Shown here piece by piece: positions 1 through 9,969 of a stretch of 64,000 nucleotides of DNA (the first letter of the stretch is position 1; each line of letters starts with the position of its first letter). The notes beneath the pieces are model-generated. The model made no database searches, was not told the origin of the DNA, and saw only the letters and a list, made by a program, of their open reading frames with translations. The stretch lies in NCBI GenBank assembly GCA_965225945.1, contig CBDDBZ010000035.1:320001-384000 (forward strand), written 5' to 3'. Both the position numbers and the translations under genes were made by a program. Source of the stretch: Alphaproteobacteria bacterium (lineage in GTDB: Bacteria; Pseudomonadota; Alphaproteobacteria; GCA-2731375).

Positions 1-87
1 GACAATCCGATAGAAAATACATCGCCGCAACGACAGACTCCGAAGTTACAAAGCATCAGCCGCCGCTTCAGTTTCGCCTTTATCGGC

Positions 88-2129
88 GTGGTGACTTTAT
101 TGTTATTCGGTTTTGCGGCGGTCGTCATATTCATTAATGTTAGCGAAACGGAGAAGGAGTTAGAAAGACGATTGGATTATTCCTTGAATCTTTCCACGAC
201 AAGTTTGCCCAAGGCGCTTTGGAACCTGGACAATGACGTTGTGGAAGATTTAGTTGCGGCATTATTCCTGGACCAAGCCATCATTCACGTAAGGGTTATG
301 TGGGGAAAACAGGTCATTAGCGAGCAAACGCGGAAGAATTTTCACGGTACCGATTTCTCGGATCCCGACCGATCCTCTTCACTTATTATCAAAACGTCAG
401 AAATTTCGGTCGAGAGCCAAAAACTGGGAACAATTCGCATCTCCATGTCCCGTGAGAGCGTCAGAAAAAAACTTATATTTAATATTGCCGGTATCGTAGC
501 CTTGACGACTCTCATTATTTTAGGGATTTCCTGGACATCCATTGTGATCACAAAACGATATATCTCCCGGCCGCTGTCGCGGATCCAAGCATCGGCGACG
601 TCGATTGCTCATGGTAATCTGGAAGCTCCCATCGAGATCAACGGTCGTGATGAGATCGGCACCCTGGCAAGGGACCTCAATGTCATGCGCGAATCGATCA
701 AGGAGCTGTTTGAGGAGACTCGCGAAAGCAACGAAAAGCTAGAGGAGTACGGTCGGACCCTGGAACAGAGGGTCGAGGAGCGCACAGTGGAGCTCGCCGA
801 AAAATCGAATACTCTCGAACAGCTCTCAAATCAGTTGGCAAAATACCTCTCGCCGCAGATCTACGATTCAATCTTTCTCAGCAAACAGGAAGTCAAGATT
901 GCTAGCAGCCGAAAGAAGCTGACAGTATTCTTTTCCGATATAGCCGACTTCACGGAGACCGCAGATAGGTTGCAGTCGGAAGAACTGACTGAGTTACTCA
1001 ACCAATATCTCACCGAGATGTCCCAAATCGCGCTGGAATACGGTGCGACGGTAGACAAATACGTTGGCGACGCTATAGTCATCTTCTTCGGCGATCCAGA
1101 GAGCAAAGGCGTCAAGGAGGATGCTCTCGCTTGCGTTAAAATGTCTATCGCAATGCGATGGCGGATGAACGAGTTGCAACACGTCTGGCGGGACTCTGGC
1201 ATTGATAAAGCCATTGCATTGTCGGATGGGCATCCACACAGACTACAGACTACTGCACTGTTGGCAATTTTGGCAGCGAGACCCGGATGGATTACACCAT
1301 TATTGGCGGGGGCGTGAATCTCGCTTCTCGGCTTGAGACTGCGGCCACTCCGGGCGAGATCCTGATCTCATACGAAACTTTTGCTCATGTCAACGATCAG
1401 GTGGCTTGTGAGAAGCATGGAGAATTGGAAGTTAGGGGAATCTCTTATCCCGTTGTTACATACCCGGTTGATCTCCATGCTAATCTCGATGAAAAGTATC
1501 AACCCATCCACACCGAACTGTCGCATCTCAAAATCGATGCCAACCTTAATTTAAGGCTCAATTCGTGAATTGTAAGTATCAACCCATCCAGCTCACCGAA
1601 CTGTCGCAGTCTCAAAATCAGATCGCCAACCGTTTAAGTGCTTTTAATGTCGCCGCGAGCAGCGAACGGCGAGGAAGCGCCGCCGCTGACCCTGGGCAGC
1701 AATTGCGGTCTGCGGTAAGAGGCCGCGCTTCTTCGCCTTGCCGCCCCGGCCGGCTTGGAGCCCGCGCGCGCCCTTCCGGCTCCAGGACGTACTCCGACGA
1801 TCCCCTTGAGTAATTCCGGAACGCCGTGCTAGACAGGCCTTCACTACGTCGCCTACCGCTCAAAGGTCCTGCCGCAGCCCTTGCATTACCGCGCGAAACC
1901 GTTGCTGCGGACAGTCCACACCAAGCTCGATGCGGCCTTTGCGTCGCTCCGGCCCGACAGCACCGCGAGCGCCTCTGCGCGCGGTCATGCCGTCCATAAC
2001 CCAACCTCCACGAGCTTTAATGCATACAATTCACGAATTGAGCCTAATTTAATGTCGGCGAAGGAACGGCAGGAAGCTGCAATTGCTCTGCAAGAGGCCG
2101 CGGACCGCTTACTGAGGGTAATTCCATAG
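88..2129 (+). pseudogene. HAMP-domain class III adenylate/guanylate cyclase, frameshifted (~1207-1252) and interrupted near the 3' end by a TIR element
   Basis: TM segments, HAMP (DEIGTLARDLN), cyclase motifs LTVFFSDIADFT, DKYVGDAIVIFFG and, in the next frame, MDYTIIGGGVNLASRLE. Removing the element and one TSD copy joins IDANLNL to MSAKERQEAAIALQEAADRLLRVIP* (stop 2129). The start may lie upstream of 88. Lower GC than the rest of the window. Confidence 0.85.
1555..2044. mobile_element. Non-autonomous TIR element (IS1595-like ends), 490 bp, 8-bp TSD
   Basis: GGCTCAATTCGTGAATTGTA (1555-1574) is the exact reverse complement of TACAATTCACGAATTGAGCC (2025-2044). TAATTTAA is repeated at 1547-1554 and 2045-2052. 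Confidence 0.8.
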
Positions 2130-2213
2130 ACAACTACGTCGCCTGAAACAATTGTTGCTAGATTGCGGCGGTCATGCGCAGAGCTTTAATGAGATGGTAG
2201 GACGCCGAAATAG

Positions 2214-2396
2214 GGATCGCAATTCTCTTTCATTCGGCGGTATATTAATTATGTCAAATGGTCTGCTGCCGAACGTAGACGGACACGTGGACAAATTCTT
2301 AGACGTGCTTTGAGTGTGCCATTTTGGGCGTTCAAGGATGACCGCAACAGCGCACGTCTCAAGCGAGGCCTGATCAAGGCGGGAATGCCCGAATGA
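2214..2396 (+). pseudogene. C-terminal remnant of a TPR/adenylate-cyclase-associated protein
   Basis: Start-less frame ending FWAFKDDRNSARLKRGLIKAGMPE*, similar to the common alphaproteobacterial 'GLRKAGLPE*' terminus. Confidence 0.45.
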
Positions 2397-2726
2397 CCGC
2401 TCTTGTGCAGGTTTCTCGGATGCCTTGCCGGCATAGGGAGTGAGGCGCGGTGTTTGCCGGCGTCCGAGAAGCGCCAAGGCACGAAATCGCGGGATACAGG
2501 CGTCGCTATGGGGATTTGAGCGTGGCGTCGATGGTGGTGTCGTCTGGACCACCCGCATATGGGGCGTGAGGCGCCATAAGGAGATCGTCGAGCGCGGTGA
2601 AGCGTTGCCGAGGGGGGCACGAGCGGGGCCGGGGCGGCCAACGATGCCGCCGTTTTCGGTGTCCCGGGCGAGCGAAGTCGAGCGCCGAGGCTCGGCGGGG
2701 AAGGTGGCTGATGTTTTGGGTCGGTG

Positions 2727-3969
2727 TCATGAGCTATCGATGGCCTTCGGCGGTGAACGGGCCTTTGGTTGACAGCCGGCCTCGAAGACCTCGACGACGA
2801 TCATGGGACCGCCACAACGGGGGCACGGTCGGGCGCCCTGGCGTTGTTCCTCGGGAGGCTCCGAGGCCTCTTCCTCGCTGGCGTCGGGCGCCGGTGGTCC
2901 GCCGAGCAGTTCGCGAGCGCGTTTTATGTTGGCGGCGCGGTTGCCGTTTGCAAAGAGGCCGTAGTGTCGGATGCGGTGGAAGCCCTTGGGCAGGACGTGC
3001 ATGAGGAAGCGGCGGATGAACTCCGCGACATCGAGGGTCATGGTCCCGTAGCGCTCGGCGCCGTCGCGGCGGTAGTCCTTGCAGGTGAAGGTAACGGCGC
3101 CGTTGTCGAGGCGGAGCAAGCGGCGGTTGGAGATGGCGACGCGGTGGGTGTATCGGGCGAGGTAGGCGAGCACGGCCTCGGGCCCGCCGAAGGGGCGCTT
3201 GGCATAGACGACCCATTCACTCTTGCGCATGGGTGCGAGGAAGGTGCCGAACGCCGCCGGTTCGGCGAGGCCCGCGTGCTCGGCGAAGAACTTCAGACGT
3301 TCGGTCTCGTGGGCGGCGGCGAGCTTCTCGATGAAGAGCCGGCGGAAGAGGCGCGAGAGCACGCGGACGGGCAAGAAGAAGCCGGGCCGGCAGGCAATCC
3401 ATTCCGTGCCGTCCGGAGAGACCCCGCCGCCGGGCACGATCATGTGGATGTGTGGTGAGGCGCCGGTGCGCCATCGGTCCGAGCACGGCGCCGTAAAGCG
3501 TCATGGCCGAGCCCCAGGTGTGGAGCACGGCGGTGATGCCGATCTTGGCGCCGAGGTGCTTTGGATCGGCGGCGATGGTGATCATGGTCTCGGCGCTCGC
3601 CTTGAACAGGATGTCGTAGACGACGGCCTTGTTCTGGTACGCGATGTCGGCGATCGCCGCCGGCAGGGTGAAGACGAGATGGTAGTAGGGGACGGGCAGT
3701 AGTTCGGCCTCGCGCTCGGCCAACCAGTCCCGGGCCGCCGCCCCCTGGCACTTGGGGCAATGGCGGTTGCGGCACGAGTTGTAGGCGATCTGGGTGTGCT
3801 CGCAGTCCTCGCAGGCCAAGACGTGCCCGCCGAGCGCGGCCGTGCGGCAGCGCTCGATGGCGCTCATGACCTTCAGCTGTTGCAAGCTCACGTGGCCGGC
3901 ATTGGCCCGACGCCAGGCGGGGCCGAAGTCGCGGAAGATATCCGCGACCTCCAACCCATGGGCTGTCAC
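2727..3969 (-). pseudogene. IS91-family transposase, frameshifted by a ~37-nt insertion at the HUH motif
   Basis: LEVADIFR, zinc-binding CRTAALGGH..C..C..YNSCRNRHCPKCQ, LHTWGSAMT / PHIHMIVPGGG, Y2 motif YLARYTHRVAISN, RIRHYG. Split into ORFs 3217..4020 and 2727..3443. Confidence 0.9.
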
Positions 3970-3982
3970 GACCCGGCGGCGC

Positions 3983-4894
3983 TTACCCCGACGGCTTGGC
4001 CTTCTTCCGCTTCTTGCCACCGGGCTTGGACAAGAGATCCAGCGGACTCTCGATGGCGGCGATGGCGCCGGTCGCGACCCGGGTATAGCGCGCCGTGGTG
4101 TCGAGCTTGTCGTGGCCCAAAAGCGCTTGGATGTAGCGAATGTCGGTGCCGCGCTCGAGCAAGTGGGTGGCGAAGGAATGCCGCAACGAGTGCGGCGTCA
4201 CGTGCTTGGTGATCCCGGCGGCGGCCACCGCCTCCTCGAACAACCGGCTGAACTGCCGGGTCGTGGCGTGCCGCCCCGCCTCGCGACCGGGGAAGAGCCA
4301 GCGCTGTTGCGGAGGCACGCCCGCGTCGTGGCGGGTCGGGCGGGCCCGCCACCATTGCCTGAGCAACGCCAGCAGTCCCTTCGACAGCATCACGTTACGG
4401 TCCTTGCGGCCCTTGCCCTGGACGATACGGATGATGCCTTGGGCGCTGTCGATGTCGCCGACGCGCAAGCGCACCACCTCGCCCGCTCGCATGCCACAGC
4501 CATAGGCGAGCGAGAGCAGCGCGCGGGTCTTCAGGTTCCGGGCCATCACCAGGAGACGCTTGGCCTCGTCCTGGCTCATCACCTTCGGCAGCCTTTGCGG
4601 CTCGCGGATGTGGAAGATCTCCGCCGCGAGATCGAGCCGTCGCAAGGTCACGCGGAACAGAAAACGGAGCCCGGTCATGGTCCGGTTGCGGTTGCAGATG
4701 CTCATCCCGCTCTCCGCCAGATGAACTTGGAAGCGGCGGACGTCCTCGGCCACGGCGGTATCGGGCGAGCCATCCAGAAACACGGCAAAGCGCTCGCAGC
4801 CGCGGAGGTGGCCCTTCTGCGTGCCCGCCACCAGCTTGCGGGCGTTCATGTCCTCGATCATGCGCTGGCGCAATGGGGTCATCGTCGTCGTCAC
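3983..4894 (-). CDS. Tyrosine recombinase/integrase with N-terminal SAM-like domain
   Basis: PLRQRMIEDM, YGCGMRAGE, GKGRKDR, HSLRHSFATHLLE, LLGH, TTARY catalytic motifs. Confidence 0.95.
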   Translation of the reverse strand: MTTTMTPLRQRMIEDMNARKLVAGTQKGHLRGCERFAVFLDGSPDTAVAEDVRRFQVHLAESGMSICNRNRTMTGLRFLFRVTLRRLDLAAEIFHIREPQRLPKVMSQDEAKRLLVMARNLKTRALLSLAYGCGMRAGEVVRLRVGDIDSAQGIIRIVQGKGRKDRNVMLSKGLLALLRQWWRARPTRHDAGVPPQQRWLFPGREAGRHATTRQFSRLFEEAVAAAGITKHVTPHSLRHSFATHLLERGTDIRYIQALLGHDKLDTTARYTRVATGAIAAIESPLDLLSKPGGKKRKKAKPSG

Positions 4895-5410
4895 GGAGAT
4901 GCTCCTTCCTGAGTTGAGGTCGACGAGACCTCAATGATCAGGAACGAGCGCTCGAAGTGTTATCGATGAAATCCACGGCGGTGGCTGGGCGCGCCATGAC
5001 CCCTCACCCACGAAATATCGCGTAGCGATTTAGTGCTATGGCTATACCACGACTCGGCCTCTCGGGCTCGGTTCGTCTGCTTTCACTGTGTACGGACATG
5101 TCGTACCGTGCCGAGTCGCGAATATGTTCCCGTCCTGGTAGGTGCTCAACAACGGTGGTTTTTGAGCGCCTCCGGCGATCGGTGGAAATCTGCCGATTCT
5201 GCCGGGTCAATTCCCCCTATCAAAACCTCAGGGCTCTCAGGCCCTTCAGCCAGCTCTTCCGGGAGGGTCAACCCCTTAATATTAGTACTAGATAATGTCA
5301 TGAGGAGTCCCGAGAGTATATCAGACATGATTGCGAGTTCGAACGCCAACGCCGAAGTCAAGCATCCATGCCGATGATCGGAATTCCGTCGGCGCCTCCG
5401 GCGTCGCCGG

Positions 5411-5863
5411 CTAGAGAAACGGCGCCATGCCCTCGCGCGCGAGTTGGTCGGCCGCCTCGTTGCCGGGATCGCCGGCGTGGCCCTTGACCCAGCGCCAATC
5501 GATCTCGTGGTCGGCGGCGAGCGTATCGAGGCGCCGCCAGAGGTCGGCGTTCTTCACCGGCTTCCTGTCGGCGGTGCGCCAGCCGTTCCGCTTCCAGCCG
5601 TGGATCCACGTCGTGATGCCTTTCTCGAGATAGACGCTGTCGGTATAGAGCCGCACCCGACAGGGCCGCTTCAGCGCCTCCAGCGCCCGGATCGCCGCCA
5701 TCATCTCCATCCGGTTGTTGGTGGTCGCGGCCTCGCCGCCGCAGATTCGCTTCTCGTGTTCGGCCGAGTGAAGCAGCACGCCCCAGCCACCCGGCCCCGG
5801 ATTGCCGGAGCACGCGCCGTCGGTGTGGATGGTGACGTCGGCGAGGCCCGCCTCGGTGGTCAT
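5411..5863 (-). CDS. rnhA: Ribonuclease HI
   Basis: [52 protein letters not shown]. Confidence 0.97.
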   Translation of the reverse strand: MTTEAGLADVTIHTDGACSGNPGPGGWGVLLHSAEHEKRICGGEAATTNNRMEMMAAIRALEALKRPCRVRLYTDSVYLEKGITTWIHGWKRNGWRTADRKPVKNADLWRRLDTLAADHEIDWRWVKGHAGDPGNEAADQLAREGMAPFL

Positions 5864-5868
5864 CGCGG

Positions 5869-6831
5869 TCAATCGAGCCCGTAGGCGCCGGTGCTGGTCA
5901 CCTGGCGGTGAAAGCGGAGGCGGGCGAGGTATTCGAGCGGGTCCTTGGGCTTGACCAGGGCGCCCTCCACCTGGTTCAACAAATCGTAGAGGCGGGTCAG
6001 CAAGAAGCGGAGCGCGGCGCCCCGCGCCAGCATCGGCAGGGCCGCCAACTCGCGCGGTTCCAGGTCCCGAACCCGGCGATAACCGGCCAGGAGACGTCGC
6101 GCCTTGGTGATGTTGAATTCGACGTTGTGCTCGAAACACCAGGCGTTCAGACAGATCGCGATGTCGTAGGCCAGCGCGTCGTTGCAGGCGAAATAGAAGT
6201 CGATCAGGCCCGATAGCGAAGCGTCCAGGAAGAAGACGTTGTCGGGAAAGAGGTCGGCATGGATTACGCCGTTCGGCAGATCCTCGGGCCAGGCGTCTTG
6301 CAGGACCTCGAACTCGCCGATGATTTCCCGCCGCAGGCCGGCGCGCACCTCGTCGGCGCGATGCGCGGTCTCCGCGACCAGGCCGGCCCAGCCCTCGAGC
6401 GATAGCGCGTTGGCGCGGCGAACCGGATAGTCGCGCCCGGCGAGATGCATTCGCGCGAGCGCGGCGCCGAGCGCCTCGCATTGCGATGGGCTCTGGCGGC
6501 GCGGCCAGTTGCCCTGGAGGAAGGTGCAGATCGCGGCGGGCTTGGAGACGAGGCGACGGAGCGCCTCGCCGTCGCGCGCGCTCACCGGCAGCGGGCAGGG
6601 CACGCCCTTGGCGCTCAGATGGCCGATCAGGCCCAGGAAGAACGGCAGGTCGGCCTCCGCCACGCGCTTCTCGTAGATCGTCAGGATGTAGAGGCCCTGG
6701 TCGGTCTGCAACAGGAAGTTGGAGTTCTCCACGCCCTCGGCGATGCCCTTGCAGGCGATCACCCGGCCGATGTCATATTCGGCCAGGAAAGTGGCGAGTT
6801 CGTCGTCCGATACGTCCGTGTAGACGGCCAT
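5869..6831 (-). CDS. thrB: Homoserine kinase type II
   Basis: [36 protein letters not shown]; lies between ispH and rnhA. Confidence 0.96.
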   Translation of the reverse strand: MAVYTDVSDDELATFLAEYDIGRVIACKGIAEGVENSNFLLQTDQGLYILTIYEKRVAEADLPFFLGLIGHLSAKGVPCPLPVSARDGEALRRLVSKPAAICTFLQGNWPRRQSPSQCEALGAALARMHLAGRDYPVRRANALSLEGWAGLVAETAHRADEVRAGLRREIIGEFEVLQDAWPEDLPNGVIHADLFPDNVFFLDASLSGLIDFYFACNDALAYDIAICLNAWCFEHNVEFNITKARRLLAGYRRVRDLEPRELAALPMLARGAALRFLLTRLYDLLNQVEGALVKPKDPLEYLARLRFHRQVTSTGAYGLD

Positions 6832-6851
6832 GGCGCGACGCGGGAGGGCGG

Positions 6852-7802
6852 CTATAGGGGCTCGCGCAGCTCGCGCGGCAGCTTGAAGAACACGTCCTCC
6901 TCGGCGACCGTGATTTCCTCCATCTCGATGGCGCGTCGATCGCGTAGCACGTCGATAACTTCCTCGACCAGGACCTCCGGGGCCGAGGCGCCGGCGCTGA
7001 TGCCGATGGTGTCGGCGCGCTCGATTTGCGCCCAGTCGAGATCGCCGGCACGTTCCACGAGATAAGCGTCCTCGCAGCCCGACTTCCGCGCCACCTCCAC
7101 CAGGCGGAGCGAATTGGAGGAATTCGGCGAGCCGATGGCGAGGAAGAGGTCGCAGCGCTCGGCGATCCGCTTCACCGCGGCCTGCCGGTTGGTGGTGGCG
7201 AAGCAGATGTCCTCCTTGCGCGGCCCGGCGATGGTGGGGAAGCGGTGGATCAGGGCGGCGATCATGTGCGCCGTCTCGTCGACGGAAAGCGTGGTCTGGG
7301 TGATGTAGGCGAGCTCGCGGTCCTCGGCCGGCTCCAGCGCCTCCACGTCGTCGGCCGATTCGACCAGCGTGATCGCGCCGGCCGGAAGCTGGCCGATGGT
7401 GCCGACCACTTCGGGATGACCGGCATGGCCGAGCAGGATCACGTGGCGGCCGTTGGCGAAATGATGCTCGGCCTCGCGGTGCACCTTGGAGACCAGGGGA
7501 CAGGTGGCGTCGATGTAGTAGAGGTTGCGATTCGCGGCGTCCACCGGCACCGACTTCGGCACGCCGTGGGCGGAGAAGATCACGTTCGCGCCCGGCGGCA
7601 CCTCCTCCAGCTCCTCGACGAAGATGGCGCCGAGCGCCTCCAGGCTCTCCACCACGTGGCGGTTGTGGACGATTTCGTGGCGCACGTAGATCGGCGCGCC
7701 GAAGCGTCCGATCGCCAGCTCGACGATCTGAATCGCCCGGTCGACGCCGGCGCAGAAGCCGCGCGGCGCGGCCAGGAGAATCTTCAACGGTCGCTTGTCC
7801 AT
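6852..7802 (-). CDS. ispH: 4-hydroxy-3-methylbut-2-enyl diphosphate reductase
   Basis: [43 protein letters not shown]. Confidence 0.97.
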   Translation of the reverse strand: MDKRPLKILLAAPRGFCAGVDRAIQIVELAIGRFGAPIYVRHEIVHNRHVVESLEALGAIFVEELEEVPPGANVIFSAHGVPKSVPVDAANRNLYYIDATCPLVSKVHREAEHHFANGRHVILLGHAGHPEVVGTIGQLPAGAITLVESADDVEALEPAEDRELAYITQTTLSVDETAHMIAALIHRFPTIAGPRKEDICFATTNRQAAVKRIAERCDLFLAIGSPNSSNSLRLVEVARKSGCEDAYLVERAGDLDWAQIERADTIGISAGASAPEVLVEEVIDVLRDRRAIEMEEITVAEEDVFFKLPRELREPL

Positions 7803-7962
7803 CAGCCTCGCTCCCGCCCCTTGGCGCCGTCCGACGCCGGCCTCCTCGCGCGCTTGTACCCCGGCGGCGATCCGGCCTATGGTGGCCGCCGTCCCGCGGG
7901 GCTCCGGGCCGCCGCGCCCGGGTTCTTCTAATACAGGCGGGCATCCAAGGAAAGGGGAACCG

Positions 7963-8202
7963 ATGAGCGAGCCGGTCGTGGCACAGAAGTCACCCTTCGA
8001 GTTCGAGGTCGAGGAGGGGAGGAGCTATTGGTGGTGTGCCTGCGGCAAGAGCGCCAATCAGCCGTTCTGCGACGGCTCGCACAAGGACACCGAATTCACG
8101 CCGCTTCCCTACAAGGCGAAGCGCAGCCGCGCGGTCTATTTCTGCGGCTGCAAGAGGAGCGGTAATGCCCCGCTTTGCGACGGCACTCACAACGACCTCT
8201 AG
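7963..8202 (+). CDS. CDGSH iron-sulfur domain protein (two CDGSH motifs)
   Basis: [17 protein letters not shown] and [17 protein letters not shown]. Confidence 0.92.
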   Translation: MSEPVVAQKSPFEFEVEEGRSYWWCACGKSANQPFCDGSHKDTEFTPLPYKAKRSRAVYFCGCKRSGNAPLCDGTHNDL

Positions 8203-8312
8203 GACATGATCCCGGGGCTTATACCAACCGCCATGAATGGCGACCTCCCGCGCCGCCCGGGAGCTATGTCCGCTGCTATTATCCGCTCGCGAGACGCTCC
8301 AAGTGGGCGGAC

Positions 8313-8840
8313 ATGACGTCGCTCACGCGCGCCGGCGCCGTGGCGGGTCTGCTCGCGCTGCTCGCCGGTTGCGGCGTCTTCGACAAGGAACCGCCCAAAC
8401 CCTGTCCCGTCGTGCTGGTGCTGAAGGATGCGGCCGAGGTCGTCCGCTATCGGCCGGGACCGGGCCGCGACCTGCTCGACGTCGCCTACCGGGCCGGCTT
8501 CGGCGAGAACAAGCTCGAATGTCGTTACAAGGGCAATCGGCTCGGCGTCGCGCTCGACGTCGAGGTGGTGGTGGAGCGCGGCCCCGGAGCGGAGGCGGCG
8601 GAGGCGCGGATACCTTACTTCGTCGCTGTGCTGAACGAACGCCAAAAGGTTCTCGCCCGCGAGGTCTTCGAGGCACGTGTCGTCTTCGAGGAGGGTCGGC
8701 GGCGCGGCATTGCGAAGGAAGAGCTGACCCAGCGTTTTCGCCTCGAGGACTTTCAGACCGGCGCCAACTTCGAGATCGTCATCGGCTTCGAACTCGATCA
8801 GAGCGAATTGGACGAAAACCGCCGCCGCCAGCGTCGCTAG
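8313..8840 (+). CDS. Conserved hypothetical lipoprotein
   Basis: Lipobox LLAGC, then PCP and IPYFVAV; typical of the ispH neighbourhood. Confidence 0.75.
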   Translation: MTSLTRAGAVAGLLALLAGCGVFDKEPPKPCPVVLVLKDAAEVVRYRPGPGRDLLDVAYRAGFGENKLECRYKGNRLGVALDVEVVVERGPGAEAAEARIPYFVAVLNERQKVLAREVFEARVVFEEGRRRGIAKEELTQRFRLEDFQTGANFEIVIGFELDQSELDENRRRQRR

Positions 8841-9265
8841 CCCTGGATTACCGTCGGGGTCCAGAGGCCGAGGCGGCGTCGCACCCGATGCTCCGCCGTC
8901 TCGCTCTGATAGTGCGCCGGCGTCGCCGCCTCGGGAAAGTCGTGGGCGGCGTCGAACCAGCGGGTGTTGAGGGTGGCGTAGCCGTGCCCGTCGTCGGCCT
9001 CGAAATAGGCACCCATATAGGCGCCGCAGTCGCGACAGATCAGGAAGTCGGCCGTGCGGAGCCCGAATTGGTAGCGCTGGAGCCTCGAAGCCGCCCTCGC
9101 GGTGATCCTCGCCCGGCCGCCGTTGTCGCTCGTGGTGCGCGCGCCGTGGCCCCGACAGAAGCTGCAATCGCACGCGCGAACCCCCAGCTCGTCCGGGCTC
9201 TTGGCGCTTTCGAGCACCACTTCGATGGCGCCGCAGTGGCAGCGCCCGCCGTAAGCTCCCGTCAT
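8837..9265 (-). CDS. GFA/CENP-V (aldehyde-activating) family protein
   Basis: GRCHCGAI, RACDCSFCR, FLICRDCG. Confidence 0.88.
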   Translation of the reverse strand: MTGAYGGRCHCGAIEVVLESAKSPDELGVRACDCSFCRGHGARTTSDNGGRARITARAASRLQRYQFGLRTADFLICRDCGAYMGAYFEADDGHGYATLNTRWFDAAHDFPEAATPAHYQSETAEHRVRRRLGLWTPTVIQG

Positions 9266-9397
9266 CGTGCCCTCCCCCGATCGAGGCCTCGAAGGCTGGT
9301 GATTGTAAAGCCAATTCGCGCCGCCGACGAGCTGGATCGGAATTGCGCCGGAGGCTATATGAAACGGCGTTTCGAGGACCACGACGGGGATCGAGTG

Positions 9398-9880
9398 ATG
9401 GACATACCGGCGCCGTTCGACGCCTATCGCGACGTCGTTCACGAGGATTGGATCGACTACAACGCCCATATGAACATGGGCTACTACATGGTGGTCTTCG
9501 ACTTCGCGACCGATGCCTGGTTCGATTATCTCGGGCTCGACCGGGCGCATCGCGACCGGCACCGGATCACCACCTTCACCGTCGAGGGCCACATCAACTA
9601 CATTCGCGAGCTCCGGGCCGGGGCGCCGCTCCGCTTCACCACGCGCCTGCTCGACTTCGACGCCAAGCGGATCCATTACTTCCACGAGATGTATCACGGG
9701 GAAGAGGGCTATCTCGCCGCGACCAACGAGTTGATGACGCTCCACATCTCCGAGGCGACCCGCCGCTCAGGCCCGATGCACGACGACATTCTGGAATGGC
9801 TGGCGGCGATCAAGGCGCGCCACGATGGGCTGGCGCCCGCGCCGCAGGTCGGCCGACGCGTGGGAATCGGCGCCGGCTAG
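9398..9880 (+). CDS. Hotdog-fold thioesterase
   Basis: WIDYNAHMNMGYY, EGHINYIREL, DAKRIHYFHEM. Confidence 0.88.
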   Translation: MDIPAPFDAYRDVVHEDWIDYNAHMNMGYYMVVFDFATDAWFDYLGLDRAHRDRHRITTFTVEGHINYIRELRAGAPLRFTTRLLDFDAKRIHYFHEMYHGEEGYLAATNELMTLHISEATRRSGPMHDDILEWLAAIKARHDGLAPAPQVGRRVGIGAG

Positions 9881-9969
9881 GCCGCCACCTGAAAGCCCGG
9901 GGCAAATCGTGCGGCCGTTGCACCGGCGCGCGCAACGTGGTGGCCTTGCCTGCTTTGTCGATCGACTGA

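Larger units (their letters stand above)
2406..5042 (-). mobile_element. IS91-family element carrying a tyrosine recombinase (integrase + Y2 transposase pair)
   Basis: Adjacent co-oriented integrase and IS91 transposase genes. CTTG (an IS91 target tetranucleotide) at 2402-2405 next to a hairpin (2413-2470) downstream of the transposase. Related 18-bp inverted sites at 2473-2490 and 5025-5042. Boundaries are inferred. Confidence 0.75.

Noticed and set aside
1565-2129. ORFs 1565..1813, 1618..2004 and 1881..2129 as genes
   Set aside because: They arise from the scrambled element interior; only the last ~27 codons of 1881..2129 belong to the real cyclase C-terminus
3983-4894. Integron integrase with cassette array
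   Set aside because: Protein is short, lacks a recognisable IntI-specific insertion and is coupled to an IS91 transposase; no repeated attC series seen
5004-5377. Small ORFs between the integrase and rnhA
   Set aside because: No motifs, RBS or codon bias to support any frame
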